Positions 55,187 to 64,000 of a stretch of 64,000 nt of DNA are shown piece by piece. Under the pieces are notes generated by a model that worked only from the letters and a program-made list of their open reading frames with translations, was not told the DNA's origin and did not search any database. The translations under genes were made by a program, and so were the position numbers. Each line of letters opens with the position of its first letter. Position 1 is the first letter of the stretch. This stretch comes from a virus: the IMG/VR virus record IMGVR_UViG_3300009376_000001. One strand, written 5' to 3'.

Positions 55187-55680
55187 ACTTCTTCCACATT
55201 CTGCTCAACAGGTTGTGGAACCAAAGTAATAAGTTTCTCTCCAATAGCTCTATCTAATTGATTAAGAGTAGTTTCTGTAATAGGCTTAATTGGCCCATCA
55301 GTAATCATTCTCGTTAGAGCAGCTGAATAATATTTAGATACTGAGAATTTAAATCCTTCTGTAGCATCCCACTGCTGAGCGTCATCAATGCACTCGTTCT
55401 TTTGGCCCCAACTTAAGTCTTTATACTTAAATTGCCAACGCTGCCCTGCATGTTCAATCTCTAATACCTTCTCTTCACGTCCAGCATAAAGAAATGAAGG
55501 ATCATTACCAAGAGGAAGGGATTGATCTACAGGAGCATCATTAACTTCTGTAGACTCTTCTACGACTATTGGAGATTCCACTGAAGGGATAACTGTATTA
55601 TCGTTTGCTTCAAAACTATTAACCATATTTTCCTCTACAACCTTTCTAGGACGACCTCTACCACGTTTTTCCTGAACCAT
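55174..55680 (-). CDS. Tail assembly chaperone (gpG-like) with N-terminal AT-hook
   Basis: Between tail tube and tape measure; ends GTA AAA AAA GCG TAG; begins MVQEKRGRGRPRK. Confidence 0.8.
   Translation of the reverse strand: MVQEKRGRGRPRKVVEENMVNSFEANDNTVIPSVESPIVVEESTEVNDAPVDQSLPLGNDPSFLYAGREEKVLEIEHAGQRWQFKYKDLSWGQKNECIDDAQQWDATEGFKFSVSKYYSAALTRMITDGPIKPITETTLNQLDRAIGEKLITLVPQPVEQNVEEVKKA
55180..55186 (-). promoter_or_regulatory. Programmed -1 ribosomal frameshift site A AAA AAA
   Basis: X XXY YYZ heptamer one codon before the stop; downstream ORF lies in the -1 frame. Confidence 0.8.
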
Positions 55681-55694
55681 TAACCTTTAACCTT

Positions 55695-55991
55695 TTAGTC
55701 TTCGAATGGAACTTCACTCTCTTTAACAGTATTTTCTTTAGTAATACCTGCTAATTCCAGAGCAATTCCGTAATTAGGAGCTAAAATAGTTACCTTCTGC
55801 CATTCCTCTTCTGCAGGCTTTGTATTAACAGTATATACCATTAAATTCGGCCTGTCAGTATCTTCGACAGCGAAATCAAATGTAGTGTCTGATTTTTTTG
55901 AAGTAGAGGAAGTTTCCGCTTCTTCTACTTCCATCTCAGGGACTACTACGTCGTCTTGTTCATCTTGTGGTTCTTCTATTGGAGTAACCAT
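55695..55991 (-). CDS. Acidic hypothetical protein
   Basis: AGGAG RBS; lies in tail operon. Confidence 0.6.
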   Translation of the reverse strand: MVTPIEEPQDEQDDVVVPEMEVEEAETSSTSKKSDTTFDFAVEDTDRPNLMVYTVNTKPAEEEWQKVTILAPNYGIALELAGITKENTVKESEVPFED

Positions 55992-56002
55992 ACCCGATCT
56001 CC

Positions 56003-57646
56003 TTAGTCGCCTGCTGCGACTCCGTCCATAATTTCCATATGCATTGAAGAAACCATACCTTCAATATCCATTGGAACATGCACACTAGGCGGAGCAGGAA
56101 CATTTAATGGCGCAGACCTGAGCACCATACCTACATCACTTTCACTACCTAGATTACTAGACGTAGTAGAAGGCAACTTAAACTTAATCTTATCATGTGC
56201 ACTTCCAGAAGTACTAAAATCATTGACCTTACGTAATTCGACCTCAATTCCAATACCCTTTAGAGTATCTTGATCTCGAATATCCGAACTTGTCATAGCT
56301 TGATTGAGTAAGTACCGCAAGAACTGAGCATCCGTAGGAGAACTCGACGCTGGATACGCATTTGAGCCATCATCATCCAAATCTAATGACCCACCAAAGC
56401 TGATGTTGCGTCTACCTTCTAGAATCTCATGTAAAATCTGCCGATTGTCACGAGGACTTGCAGCATCATTTTGAGTCACATAGTAACGAGGATCTAATCC
56501 ATTATCAATAGTAATATTAAACCTACGGAAGCGAGCTATAGGCTCGCCTTGGAACGTAAGCTGTACAGAACTATAGAAATATGGTTGCTCAGTAACTCTA
56601 ATATTTTTCATATAATTAGGAGCAAGCGTATTAGTAGCTCCAGTGCCTTCAGCCTTATACTTTAGAGTCCGTGTAGCATTATCATCGGCACCAGTCAAAG
56701 AGTCCTCACCAATATTGTGAGAAAAGTCTCTAGCCATGAAATCCGCCCCGAAGTTAACAGGATTTCCTTCTTCAAAGTTAAAAACAAGTCTAGAAACTTT
56801 ACAACCACTGTAATTAGTAATGAAATTACTGCCGTCATCTGCCCTAAATCGTGCTCCTAAAGTAAACGAAGGCTGAACAAGAGTAGGACGAATCATAACT
56901 AACTTACTAAGGTTAGCATCCCTAGTGACATTTAGTACGTTATTAGCATTACTAGCTGCGGTAGCACTAGAGGCTACTCCAATGCCATGAATACTAAATT
57001 GATGGCTGGCTCCTGAAGGAGGACGAATACCATTCCATCCCGCTTGAGTTAATGCCTGATCTTTAAATACGTTAATGACCGTATTTCCACCGCCTGAACC
57101 GATATAGGCCCAAGTATCTTGAGTACGGTCAGGAGCTTCTCCCAATTTATCCGCTACTATAACGATATGAGTAGGAGGATCGGCTTTGTATGTACTAAAA
57201 TCATCACTACCTACTGTAAAAGTAGTAGCAGCAGTAGTACTAGTGCCTGTAGAAACGGTATATGTTCCTACAGAAGCTGAATAGCTAGCATCCGCATTTT
57301 TACCATTAAATGCCAAGCCTAAACATTGTTCTAAGAATAATCGACTAGCATCATGACAAAGAAGAGTTTGAGATACTCGTCCTTCTAGACGCTCACGGCC
57401 TTGAACAGGGAACAACATGTTCCGATTCATCACACCAAGACCATAGAATGGCTGCCAATCAAAGGTTGGCGTAGGAAGATCAACACCACCCGTCACTAAC
57501 CCCCATTGGCCTCTTAGCATTCCTGCTACAGAAGTGCCTCCGGCAGTTACTAATGAGGCTAATGCTGACGTAGGAGGCACTACCCCATAAGAATGTTCTT
57601 TCGCCCAGGCTACGTCAGCTAAATCTGCTCGGTAACGTGCTGGCAT
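56003..57646 (-). CDS. Major tail tube protein
   Basis: N-terminal VAWAKE.SYG..P; PSFTL...YSGCKV..L.F; F.ITIDNGL...I.EGRR.I.G. Confidence 0.8.
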   Translation of the reverse strand: MPARYRADLADVAWAKEHSYGVVPPTSALASLVTAGGTSVAGMLRGQWGLVTGGVDLPTPTFDWQPFYGLGVMNRNMLFPVQGRERLEGRVSQTLLCHDASRLFLEQCLGLAFNGKNADASYSASVGTYTVSTGTSTTAATTFTVGSDDFSTYKADPPTHIVIVADKLGEAPDRTQDTWAYIGSGGGNTVINVFKDQALTQAGWNGIRPPSGASHQFSIHGIGVASSATAASNANNVLNVTRDANLSKLVMIRPTLVQPSFTLGARFRADDGSNFITNYSGCKVSRLVFNFEEGNPVNFGADFMARDFSHNIGEDSLTGADDNATRTLKYKAEGTGATNTLAPNYMKNIRVTEQPYFYSSVQLTFQGEPIARFRRFNITIDNGLDPRYYVTQNDAASPRDNRQILHEILEGRRNISFGGSLDLDDDGSNAYPASSSPTDAQFLRYLLNQAMTSSDIRDQDTLKGIGIEVELRKVNDFSTSGSAHDKIKFKLPSTTSSNLGSESDVGMVLRSAPLNVPAPPSVHVPMDIEGMVSSMHMEIMDGVAAGD

Positions 57647-57661
57647 TTTACTTAACTCCCT

Positions 57662-58120
57662 CTACGATTCCCTTATTCTATTAGCAAGGTCATCGATGTC
57701 ATCAGAATATTCGGCTAAAACGGGACTAATTATCTCTTTTATAATTATATCTTCAGGAATCGTATCTAAAGTAACAAAATTACCATCTATTTCAAAAGTT
57801 GCCTGATTACTTAAAGTACGAGTATAACCACGAACATCTCGTCCACTACGTTGATGTTGTCTCACATCAACTTCATGTTCTCCTTCAATAGTTCCAAAAT
57901 CTACTTCTATAAATGCCTTTGCCTCAGTGTCAGTTATTTCAAAACGAGTATTAAAATCATAATTAACCGTCTGTCCTGGCAGTCTAGTACCAATCCAATT
58001 ATCTATTTTTGCGGATAATTTATCTTCTATCTCATCTAATAATTCAGGATAGTATTCTTCTGCTACCCTACTTAATATTTGGGTATTAAACTCTTCAGCT
58101 TCTCGTGATTCTTCAGGCAT
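57662..58120 (-). CDS. Neck/tail completion region protein
   Basis: Position; VRQHQR.G..VRGYTR motif. Confidence 0.55.
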   Translation of the reverse strand: MPEESREAEEFNTQILSRVAEEYYPELLDEIEDKLSAKIDNWIGTRLPGQTVNYDFNTRFEITDTEAKAFIEVDFGTIEGEHEVDVRQHQRSGRDVRGYTRTLSNQATFEIDGNFVTLDTIPEDIIIKEIISPVLAEYSDDIDDLANRIRES

Positions 58121-58123
58121 ATT

Positions 58124-59065
58124 TTATGATAACTCTGTAACTACTTCACCATGAGTACGATATTGTCCTCGTAACTCACTAGACCAATATTGAAAATTAT
58201 TAATATTCTCTCTAAATGACTGGTATTGAAAGAATTGAAACTCTCGTGTAGATAAATCTATATGATCAATATCAAACGTTCTATTTGCAGCTAAAGACGT
58301 AAAAGCAACCTCATCTATTAATGTTGGGTCCCAAGTTCCAACAGAAGAAGAAGCTGTTGCATCTAAATTAATCACTTTTTCTACAAAATCGGTACTATCT
58401 ACAGTCACATCCCACGTTCTAGATAATCCTGATCTATTAGACGCATCTCTAAGTGTTACACCTATAACATCAGAACCACTATCAATCTTAACAAAAAATC
58501 TAATTTGTTGTAAACGTCTAGGATAGGGTTTTATTGTAAATGTTGAAGGAAACCCTCTATACGCTTCTCCATTTCCCCCTCCACCTACTACTACACGCAT
58601 AGCATTTGTGCCATATTTACGAGCAGAAGTTAAAAGAGAAAGCGTAGAATTAGTAGTTGTATCTCCCCAAATAGCCGATAGTGCTGTCGTATCAGCATAA
58701 CCTTCAAAGCCATCTAATAAATAATCAACAGGAAATAGACGTTTAGAGAATAAAATACGCCTAATTTCTTCCATATGATCATACATTCTCTGTCGAGACG
58801 TAAATGTATTCAACTCAATAGTCATATTAGCATCAAAAGTACGATGCTGGAAGCCTAATGTTATAAAATTCTCCGTTGTCCCGCCTAATGAAATGATGCA
58901 ATGGTCCCCAGTATTGCGTAAATCGATACGTTGAGCGTCGGCATACGGCTTTTCTATAATAACAGGCTTAGGAATATTACCGCTTCTAGTATCCCAATAA
59001 GAATCTAGTAGATTAGCTAATAATTCCGTAGGCCGTGCGCCTGGAGTATAGGCTAAAGTAGTCAA
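58124..59065 (-). CDS. Tail terminator-like protein with inserted beta-sandwich (CBM-like) domain
   Basis: LLDSYW...IELNT..SRQR....EEIRRI core; insertion LLDGFEGY...IDHIDL. Confidence 0.6.
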   Translation of the reverse strand: MTTLAYTPGARPTELLANLLDSYWDTRSGNIPKPVIIEKPYADAQRIDLRNTGDHCIISLGGTTENFITLGFQHRTFDANMTIELNTFTSRQRMYDHMEEIRRILFSKRLFPVDYLLDGFEGYADTTALSAIWGDTTTNSTLSLLTSARKYGTNAMRVVVGGGGNGEAYRGFPSTFTIKPYPRRLQQIRFFVKIDSGSDVIGVTLRDASNRSGLSRTWDVTVDSTDFVEKVINLDATASSSVGTWDPTLIDEVAFTSLAANRTFDIDHIDLSTREFQFFQYQSFRENINNFQYWSSELRGQYRTHGEVVTELS

Positions 59066-60163
59066 TTAAGGCACCCATAGACGTACACTGCGTAGCTCTT
59101 CCATTCGCTCTTCCGCATTTTCACGCCAATAATTAACTTTTTGTTCTAATGAATACCTATCAGTTCCTTGAGGAACAATAGTTGTGTAATCATAATTAGA
59201 AATTATGTCAGCTGAAGCTAATTTAGTGGTTATGTCTTCAACCATACCTGCAGCGACATCTTCATCAAAGTCCCTGCCCCACACATAGTTAACATTAATT
59301 GCTCGTTTAAACTCCCCAAATCCCCAAGTATAGATAGCAGAACGAGTATAAGTGAAAGGAATACTCAATAATCTAGTTAATGGTATGATTCCAGTCTTCT
59401 CATCTACAAAATAGTCTTGAGCACGACCTTCCAACATAAGAGTGAACGAACTACCGTCCCAAACAGAAAGGTCAATAACCTTTATAGCTGGCTGTCTCTT
59501 AAGAACTAACCCATAACGACTGAATTCATAAGTCTCATCTGGCCTAAAATTAGGCTTCCATGAGTTGGTAGTGTATCTATCAATACGACTTTCTACTCTT
59601 TCAATGATTCTTTCGACTTCTGCAATACTTGGAGCAGTCGTTGTAGAAAAATCTTGACGTAACTGTAAGAATTGAGCAATACGACTAGGAGTAGTGTATC
59701 CATAAGTAGGAAAGGGAAACGACCTCTTCATAGTAGCGACAGTAGTGACCTCTGAAGCAGCCACACGTATCCAGTATTTAGCCGTACCTGCGGATGTATC
59801 TTCAGTTTTAAGTCCAGAATTGGTATTTTCAATACCTGTTAGAGTATTAGCTGTCCAATCGTTAGGAACTCTAAACTGTGTAACTCCAGAAATCGAATCA
59901 AGAACATAATTACGAGAGATTGGGAGATTTTTCCAAGCACTACCATCCCAATATTCCCAATCCAACAATGTGCCGTAGTCTCCTGCAGTATCTAATTCAA
60001 AAAATACAGCATTAAAAGTACGGTCTAGACCTAAATAAATCTTATCTGTCGTTTGACCAATAAGACTAACAGCTGCTCCAGGTATGTCTGAAGCAGCAAA
60101 TTCATGGTCTACAAAAGCCGAAGCACTATTGTCCCAGAGGTAAAATGAATCCCAAACGATCAT
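59066..60163 (-). CDS. Head-tail adaptor with extra N-terminal beta domain
   Basis: YTTP..IA..L...P..AEV..II...E..ID..T..SW...V.Y.WG...KLASADI adaptor pattern; N-terminal IYLG...WEYWDG..W...YWIRV domain. Confidence 0.7.
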   Translation of the reverse strand: MIVWDSFYLWDNSASAFVDHEFAASDIPGAAVSLIGQTTDKIYLGLDRTFNAVFFELDTAGDYGTLLDWEYWDGSAWKNLPISRNYVLDSISGVTQFRVPNDWTANTLTGIENTNSGLKTEDTSAGTAKYWIRVAASEVTTVATMKRSFPFPTYGYTTPSRIAQFLQLRQDFSTTTAPSIAEVERIIERVESRIDRYTTNSWKPNFRPDETYEFSRYGLVLKRQPAIKVIDLSVWDGSSFTLMLEGRAQDYFVDEKTGIIPLTRLLSIPFTYTRSAIYTWGFGEFKRAINVNYVWGRDFDEDVAAGMVEDITTKLASADIISNYDYTTIVPQGTDRYSLEQKVNYWRENAEERMEELRSVRLWVP

Positions 60164-60406
60164 CTAATCATCCTGTATTGTCTCTATGGGTTCTACTTCA
60201 ATCGTGCCAGCATCAGGGGCAGCATCAGGGGCAGCAACACCATCGGCGTTCTGTTTCCCTCGTAGATACATGGCAATTCCATTTAAATTGTGAATTTGTT
60301 GCGTAAGCTGGTCACGTTGAGTATTTAATGTGTTTAATTGACCAACCAAGGTTTCCAATTGTTTATTAACCTGTTCCAAATCGCCTTCCACGTTTATATC
60401 TGACAT
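60164..60406 (-). CDS. Small coiled-coil protein
   Basis: Heptad repeats; GAGG RBS; extended -10 TGGTATAAT upstream. Confidence 0.6.
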   Translation of the reverse strand: MSDINVEGDLEQVNKQLETLVGQLNTLNTQRDQLTQQIHNLNGIAMYLRGKQNADGVAAPDAAPDAGTIEVEPIETIQDD

Positions 60407-60463
60407 CCTCTACCTTACCTCGCCTAGAATTAACATATTATACCATAAATAACTTTATTTTAA

Positions 60464-60766
60464 TTACCCCCGTAACCGCATTAGTTCTTTCAGTTCTTCA
60501 AAGGTGATGCTATCATTTGCTAACTTAGTTTCTAAATCAACTAGACGAGTATTAACAACAGGTGCTTCTTGCCCCACCGTATCGTCATCATTAATTATAT
60601 ATTTCTTGCCGTCTTCTAAAGGAGGGGCATCCACAACAGCATAATCCTCTACACCCCCACCTAATTCAGAATTAATCACATTCTGCAATATCTGTGCTTC
60701 TGGAGTCTTTCCTTCAAAAACATAATCGGCAATAATTTTAGTAGCTTTTTGATATACTATTTTCAT
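60464..60766 (-). CDS. Probable tail fibre assembly chaperone
   Basis: Follows fibre gene; AGGAG RBS. Confidence 0.5.
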   Translation of the reverse strand: MKIVYQKATKIIADYVFEGKTPEAQILQNVINSELGGGVEDYAVVDAPPLEDGKKYIINDDDTVGQEAPVVNTRLVDLETKLANDSITFEELKELMRLRG

Positions 60767-60774
60767 ATCTTCTC

Positions 60775-61623
60775 CTAACCTAAATAAAGGATATAGCCAG
60801 TTACATCTACACCACTATTGCTTTTACTCCATGTGAAAGTAAGACCATTAGAAGTTAATGCAGCCGAAGCATACATTTGGTCACTAGCACTACTATTGTT
60901 TCTAACATTTATAGCGTGGCTTGCTGATAGTGAGAAAATAGTTGTGGTCATAGAACCGTTTTGGGCATTATGGTATATATTTCTTCCACCATCAGAGTCA
61001 TCAACAAAACCCCAAGCAGCACCAGCACCCCCATCACCCGCATAGATAATGGCAGCTTTTGGAGCAAACCCTGCTCCTGTAAGAGCTTGTGTACCAGCCC
61101 CCGCTGAAGCAGTTCTTGTGAAACTTTCAACAGTAGAAGATATGCCAGCAGCAGCCCAAGTCAATCCACCACCTTCTCCTGATTGAGCTTGTAAGAACTG
61201 ACCATTTGTTGGAGCATTACTTACATCCAATTTGGCTTCAACGATAGAATCATCTGCAATTCTTGCAGCGGGAAGTGTGCCAGATGTAATTTGCGTTCCA
61301 TTAAGGGCAGTTAAAGCACCACCATTTAAGGCTGGTAGAGTACCATTAGCCGTAATGTTAGCAGCAGCTAATGCCGTAATCCCTGCGCCACTACCAGTAA
61401 GAGTTGTAGCTGCAACAGTACCCGCTACTGTTACAGTCTCATTCGTAAGAGTAATAATATTAGTATCAGTGGAGATACCGATTCGACCATTTCCACCAGA
61501 ATCTACCAGGATTGTGGAATTTCCAAATCCTGTACCACCTGTGCCATCAAAGATAACTACAGCGTTATCAGTACTGGCTCCAGGAGTACTTATTGATGGG
61601 TCATGACTAAGTGCAGATGGCAT
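60775..61623 (-). CDS. Short tail fibre/receptor-binding protein
   Basis: STDNAVV.FDGTGG anchor, L.A.N.T.GTLP repeats, GQFL...LTW hinge, TG.GF.PK tip domain. Confidence 0.75.
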   Translation of the reverse strand: MPSALSHDPSISTPGASTDNAVVIFDGTGGTGFGNSTILVDSGGNGRIGISTDTNIITLTNETVTVAGTVAATTLTGSGAGITALAAANITANGTLPALNGGALTALNGTQITSGTLPAARIADDSIVEAKLDVSNAPTNGQFLQAQSGEGGGLTWAAAGISSTVESFTRTASAGAGTQALTGAGFAPKAAIIYAGDGGAGAAWGFVDDSDGGRNIYHNAQNGSMTTTIFSLSASHAINVRNNSSASDQMYASAALTSNGLTFTWSKSNSGVDVTGYILYLG

Positions 61624-61652
61624 TTAATAACTTCCTTAGTTTAATCTATCAC

Positions 61653-61904
61653 CTATCTAAATTCTTCAGGCACATTCGCTGCCCTAAAATCAGCAATAAC
61701 CTCTGCTGTATGTACCGCCCTTGCTACATTCTGTACGGTAGCATCTTCACCACTTACATCAGCACCAGGAACAATTACATGTCTGTGGTAGGTTCTCGAT
61801 ATTTCCACACCATCTTTTTCTATAATCGTGTCAGTTCTGACTTGTATCTGTCCGTCAGGTAGAACCTCACAGGAACCAGTTATTGTTTTTTCTTCTAATG
61901 CCAT
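61653..61904 (-). CDS. Tail-fibre-associated small protein
   Basis: GGAGG RBS; IQVR.DT.I..DGVEISR.YHRHV family commonly adjacent to fibre genes. Confidence 0.65.
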   Translation of the reverse strand: MALEEKTITGSCEVLPDGQIQVRTDTIIEKDGVEISRTYHRHVIVPGADVSGEDATVQNVARAVHTAEVIADFRAANVPEEFR

Positions 61905-61913
61905 GTTTCCTCC

Positions 61914-63044
61914 CTATGCATCGGTTTCGTATTGACCAGTAAAAACCATTGAAAATGCCCTATCATCTATATGAGAGTAATTAAGTGGTTGCACACCTTG
62001 ATATGTTGACCATTTATGTAAAATCACATATGCAGTATTAGCATTTACCATACCAGTGATATTTTGACTTGCTGAACCTGTATTAGATAGAGTAGCTCCA
62101 TAAGAATAGGAACAACATATAGCATAATTAAAACCAGTTCCTGTTGAAGCAGCAAATGGTAAACCATCAATTTTTGCTTGGCTACCATCAGCTAATGTAC
62201 TACTGTCTAGATTAGACGCAATATATATTTGAATAGTGACCCATCTTCCTATTTTCACATAACGTCCAACTTGATTTGTGTACGTTTGGCCTTCGCTATT
62301 ACTATAAGACCAATCTTGAAATACAGGTGTAAACGTACCTTCTTCATAGTCATCAAGAGTATTAGCATTTGAAGAAAGAGTAACGGAAGCAGGAAAAGTT
62401 ATGTTTCCAGTACCATTTTGAAAAGTAATATTTTGTGCTGATATATCGGAATTCATAATTAAACCAGCACCAATCGTTAGTTGTTTAGCACCGTCAGCAT
62501 AAAAAGCCAGATTATTGGCAGTTAATTCTTGAATATATGTATTACTGCCACCGTCAAAAAATATCTTGCTTTGTGCAGGAACAGATAAATGTGTACCATC
62601 AAATGTCAGATTGGCTTCACCATTTAACGTATTAGCAGTACCAGAACCAGTTATAACCCTATTATCAGCATTACTATTAATGGTTGTTCCAGCTGCAGCT
62701 GCCCAGGTCAGCACACCTGAGCCATTAGTCTGTAAAAATTCGTCTGCATTTCCGTCGTTTAAGGGCAAAGTAAAGGTATAATCGGCAGCTAAACTAGCAT
62801 TAGTTTTGATAGCAATATAATTTGCACCTTCATAAAACCTTAATTCCTTCTCATCACCAGTTAAATGAAGATAACCAGTAGCCGTGACGTTATTTAGACC
62901 AGTAATATTATTGGAGGCATCAACAAGAACTCCACTATTAACTAACGTCTTTCCACCGGTCCCTGACCACTTAACTACCGCAGTATCGGTACTACTGCCA
63001 GGAAAAGTAGCTGCAGGATCATGATTTATTGCTGTATTAGCCAT
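61914..63044 (-). CDS. Tail fibre/receptor-binding protein
   Basis: STDTAVV.W.GTGG anchor, TLP..DG...L.TNGSG.L.W, NADNRVIT, LDDYEEGTFTP...G.Y.KIG tip. Confidence 0.8.
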   Translation of the reverse strand: MANTAINHDPAATFPGSSTDTAVVKWSGTGGKTLVNSGVLVDASNNITGLNNVTATGYLHLTGDEKELRFYEGANYIAIKTNASLAADYTFTLPLNDGNADEFLQTNGSGVLTWAAAAGTTINSNADNRVITGSGTANTLNGEANLTFDGTHLSVPAQSKIFFDGGSNTYIQELTANNLAFYADGAKQLTIGAGLIMNSDISAQNITFQNGTGNITFPASVTLSSNANTLDDYEEGTFTPVFQDWSYSNSEGQTYTNQVGRYVKIGRWVTIQIYIASNLDSSTLADGSQAKIDGLPFAASTGTGFNYAICCSYSYGATLSNTGSASQNITGMVNANTAYVILHKWSTYQGVQPLNYSHIDDRAFSMVFTGQYETDA

Positions 63045-63047
63045 TAA

Positions 63048-63323
63048 TTATTCCTTAGGTAAGCCTTCGGGCCATTTTGCTTTGAGTTGTTCGGGCGTAT
63101 CGACGCCCGTGGTTATATCGAATGTTTGTGGTATATCTCGGAGGTTTTGTTTCTCGGTTTTAATGGTTGCCTGAGCATCCGCGTTCCCATCTTCGACCGC
63201 CCGCATAAACGTAATATCTTTGGCCGCCAGTTCTCGGTCGCGAATTGCTCTAATATTGTTCATGTGTATCATTCGTGCTTTTGCCATATTCACAGTAATC
63301 GCCAATTTCAACTCCACTCCCAA
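63048..63323 (-). CDS. Tail fibre assembly protein
   Basis: VNMAKAR.IH...IR..R...L...D..F.RA.E...KQ.LRD.P...LKA.WP. Confidence 0.7.
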   Translation of the reverse strand: MGVELKLAITVNMAKARMIHMNNIRAIRDRELAAKDITFMRAVEDGNADAQATIKTEKQNLRDIPQTFDITTGVDTPEQLKAKWPEGLPKE

Positions 63324-63703
63324 GAGTTTCTAAAATACCTGTCCGTTGGAATCTCGGTGTCCTCGGCTATTTGGTATGATGTGCAATCATCCGGTATCGT
63401 AAAATCTGCCATTATCACAATGGCCTCTGATTCGCTTAAACCGCCGCGAACCAAACCTTCGACAAATCTTCTCGCCTTTATTTCTCGGTCGGAACCCTTT
63501 TTAGAAGTTAAAAAGTTTTCCCAACTGACTGCGTATGCTTTTTCTGAGTCAGAATCCGATCCTATCAAATGTTTCGCAATCTCTTGTTCGATTCTTGATT
63601 CTTGTATAAATTCACCACTACCAGTTAAAGCGTCAAGAATGACCGGCGAAATATGCCCAATTGCGACCGAATTATCCTCCCTCAAAAACACTATGACTTT
63701 CAT
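63308..63703 (-). CDS. Tail fibre assembly-associated protein
   Basis: C-terminal IPTDRYFRNSW motif. Confidence 0.65.
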   Translation of the reverse strand: MKVIVFLREDNSVAIGHISPVILDALTGSGEFIQESRIEQEIAKHLIGSDSDSEKAYAVSWENFLTSKKGSDREIKARRFVEGLVRGGLSESEAIVIMADFTIPDDCTSYQIAEDTEIPTDRYFRNSWEWS

Positions 63704-64000
63704 TTATTGATCTCCGAAGGCGGCAAAACCTTGTTGATGATCTGAGGTAATCGAACCCTCTTTCCCCGCAAACAATCGCAGTTTGGAAGCCGTCTTTTGA
63801 TATCCCCAGGAATTATATACAGCGTCATTATCCCCCATCACATAAGTGGCTGCGCCGTAATTAGCAGAAGAAAAAGCGGTCGTATAATTAAATTCAACGT
63901 CGCCGTTTCCGTTGTCCGTTAACGATCCAACGTTATAATTAGCGAGTAAAGTCGCACCGTCGGCGGACGCTTCCCCCCATGCCTTAGCTACCCCAGGAGA
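63704..64000 (-). CDS. Tail fibre C-terminal domain, truncated by window edge
   Basis: Open frame from 64000: PGVAKAW...YNVGSLTDNGNGD...F.SANY...AFGDQ*. Confidence 0.7.
   Translation of the reverse strand, partial: SPGVAKAWGEASADGATLLANYNVGSLTDNGNGDVEFNYTTAFSSANYGAATYVMGDNDAVYNSWGYQKTASKLRLFAGKEGSITSDHQQGFAAFGDQ

Noticed and set aside
1-64000. Alternative genetic code, tRNA genes, integrase, or DGR reverse transcriptase
   Set aside because: Genes tile densely under the standard code using all three stops; no cloverleaf, recombinase or RT motifs were noticed by eye (tRNAscan-SE would be decisive for tRNAs)

Overview
This is a 64-kb section of a large, AT-rich tailed dsDNA phage genome, probably with a long non-contractile tail. 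It uses bacterial expression signals (TTGACT-N17/18-TATAmT promoters, GGAG ribosome-binding sites). Positions 1-9.9 kb form a + strand early arm of small ORFs, an M.Sau3AI-like C5 methyltransferase, a SLOG protein, a P-loop ATPase and a SNF2/HARP helicase. This arm meets the - strand remainder at a bidirectional terminator (~9.94 kb). In transcription order the - strand carries: tail-fibre/chaperone cassettes; neck; tail tube; a frameshifted tail chaperone; tape measure and tail tip (44-64 kb); a replication/recombination block (DnaB, primase, SSB, clamp-like protein, PolA, RecA, nucleases, RuvC-like, class II RNR; 32-44 kb); kinase, topoisomerase IB and thyX; terminase and portal; and a set of large proteins followed by membrane proteins. 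No major capsid protein, prohead protease, endolysin, integrase, tRNA or CRISPR array was recognised. The most interesting signal is a modular effector set. Two PI3/4-kinase/HipA-like kinases are each followed by a homologous small 'RKILSK' domain (candidate immunity or regulator). These kinases, a topoisomerase IB, a CCA-adding/HD enzyme and a 1042-aa portal-adjacent protein share 'KL..L..L-x-K-[A/S/G]' leaders and two short swappable modules, suggesting protease-processed, head-packaged cargo. A second signal is that the first ~8.58 kb contains no GATC site yet encodes the GATC-type methylase. All calls come from reading motifs by eye; no database searches were run.
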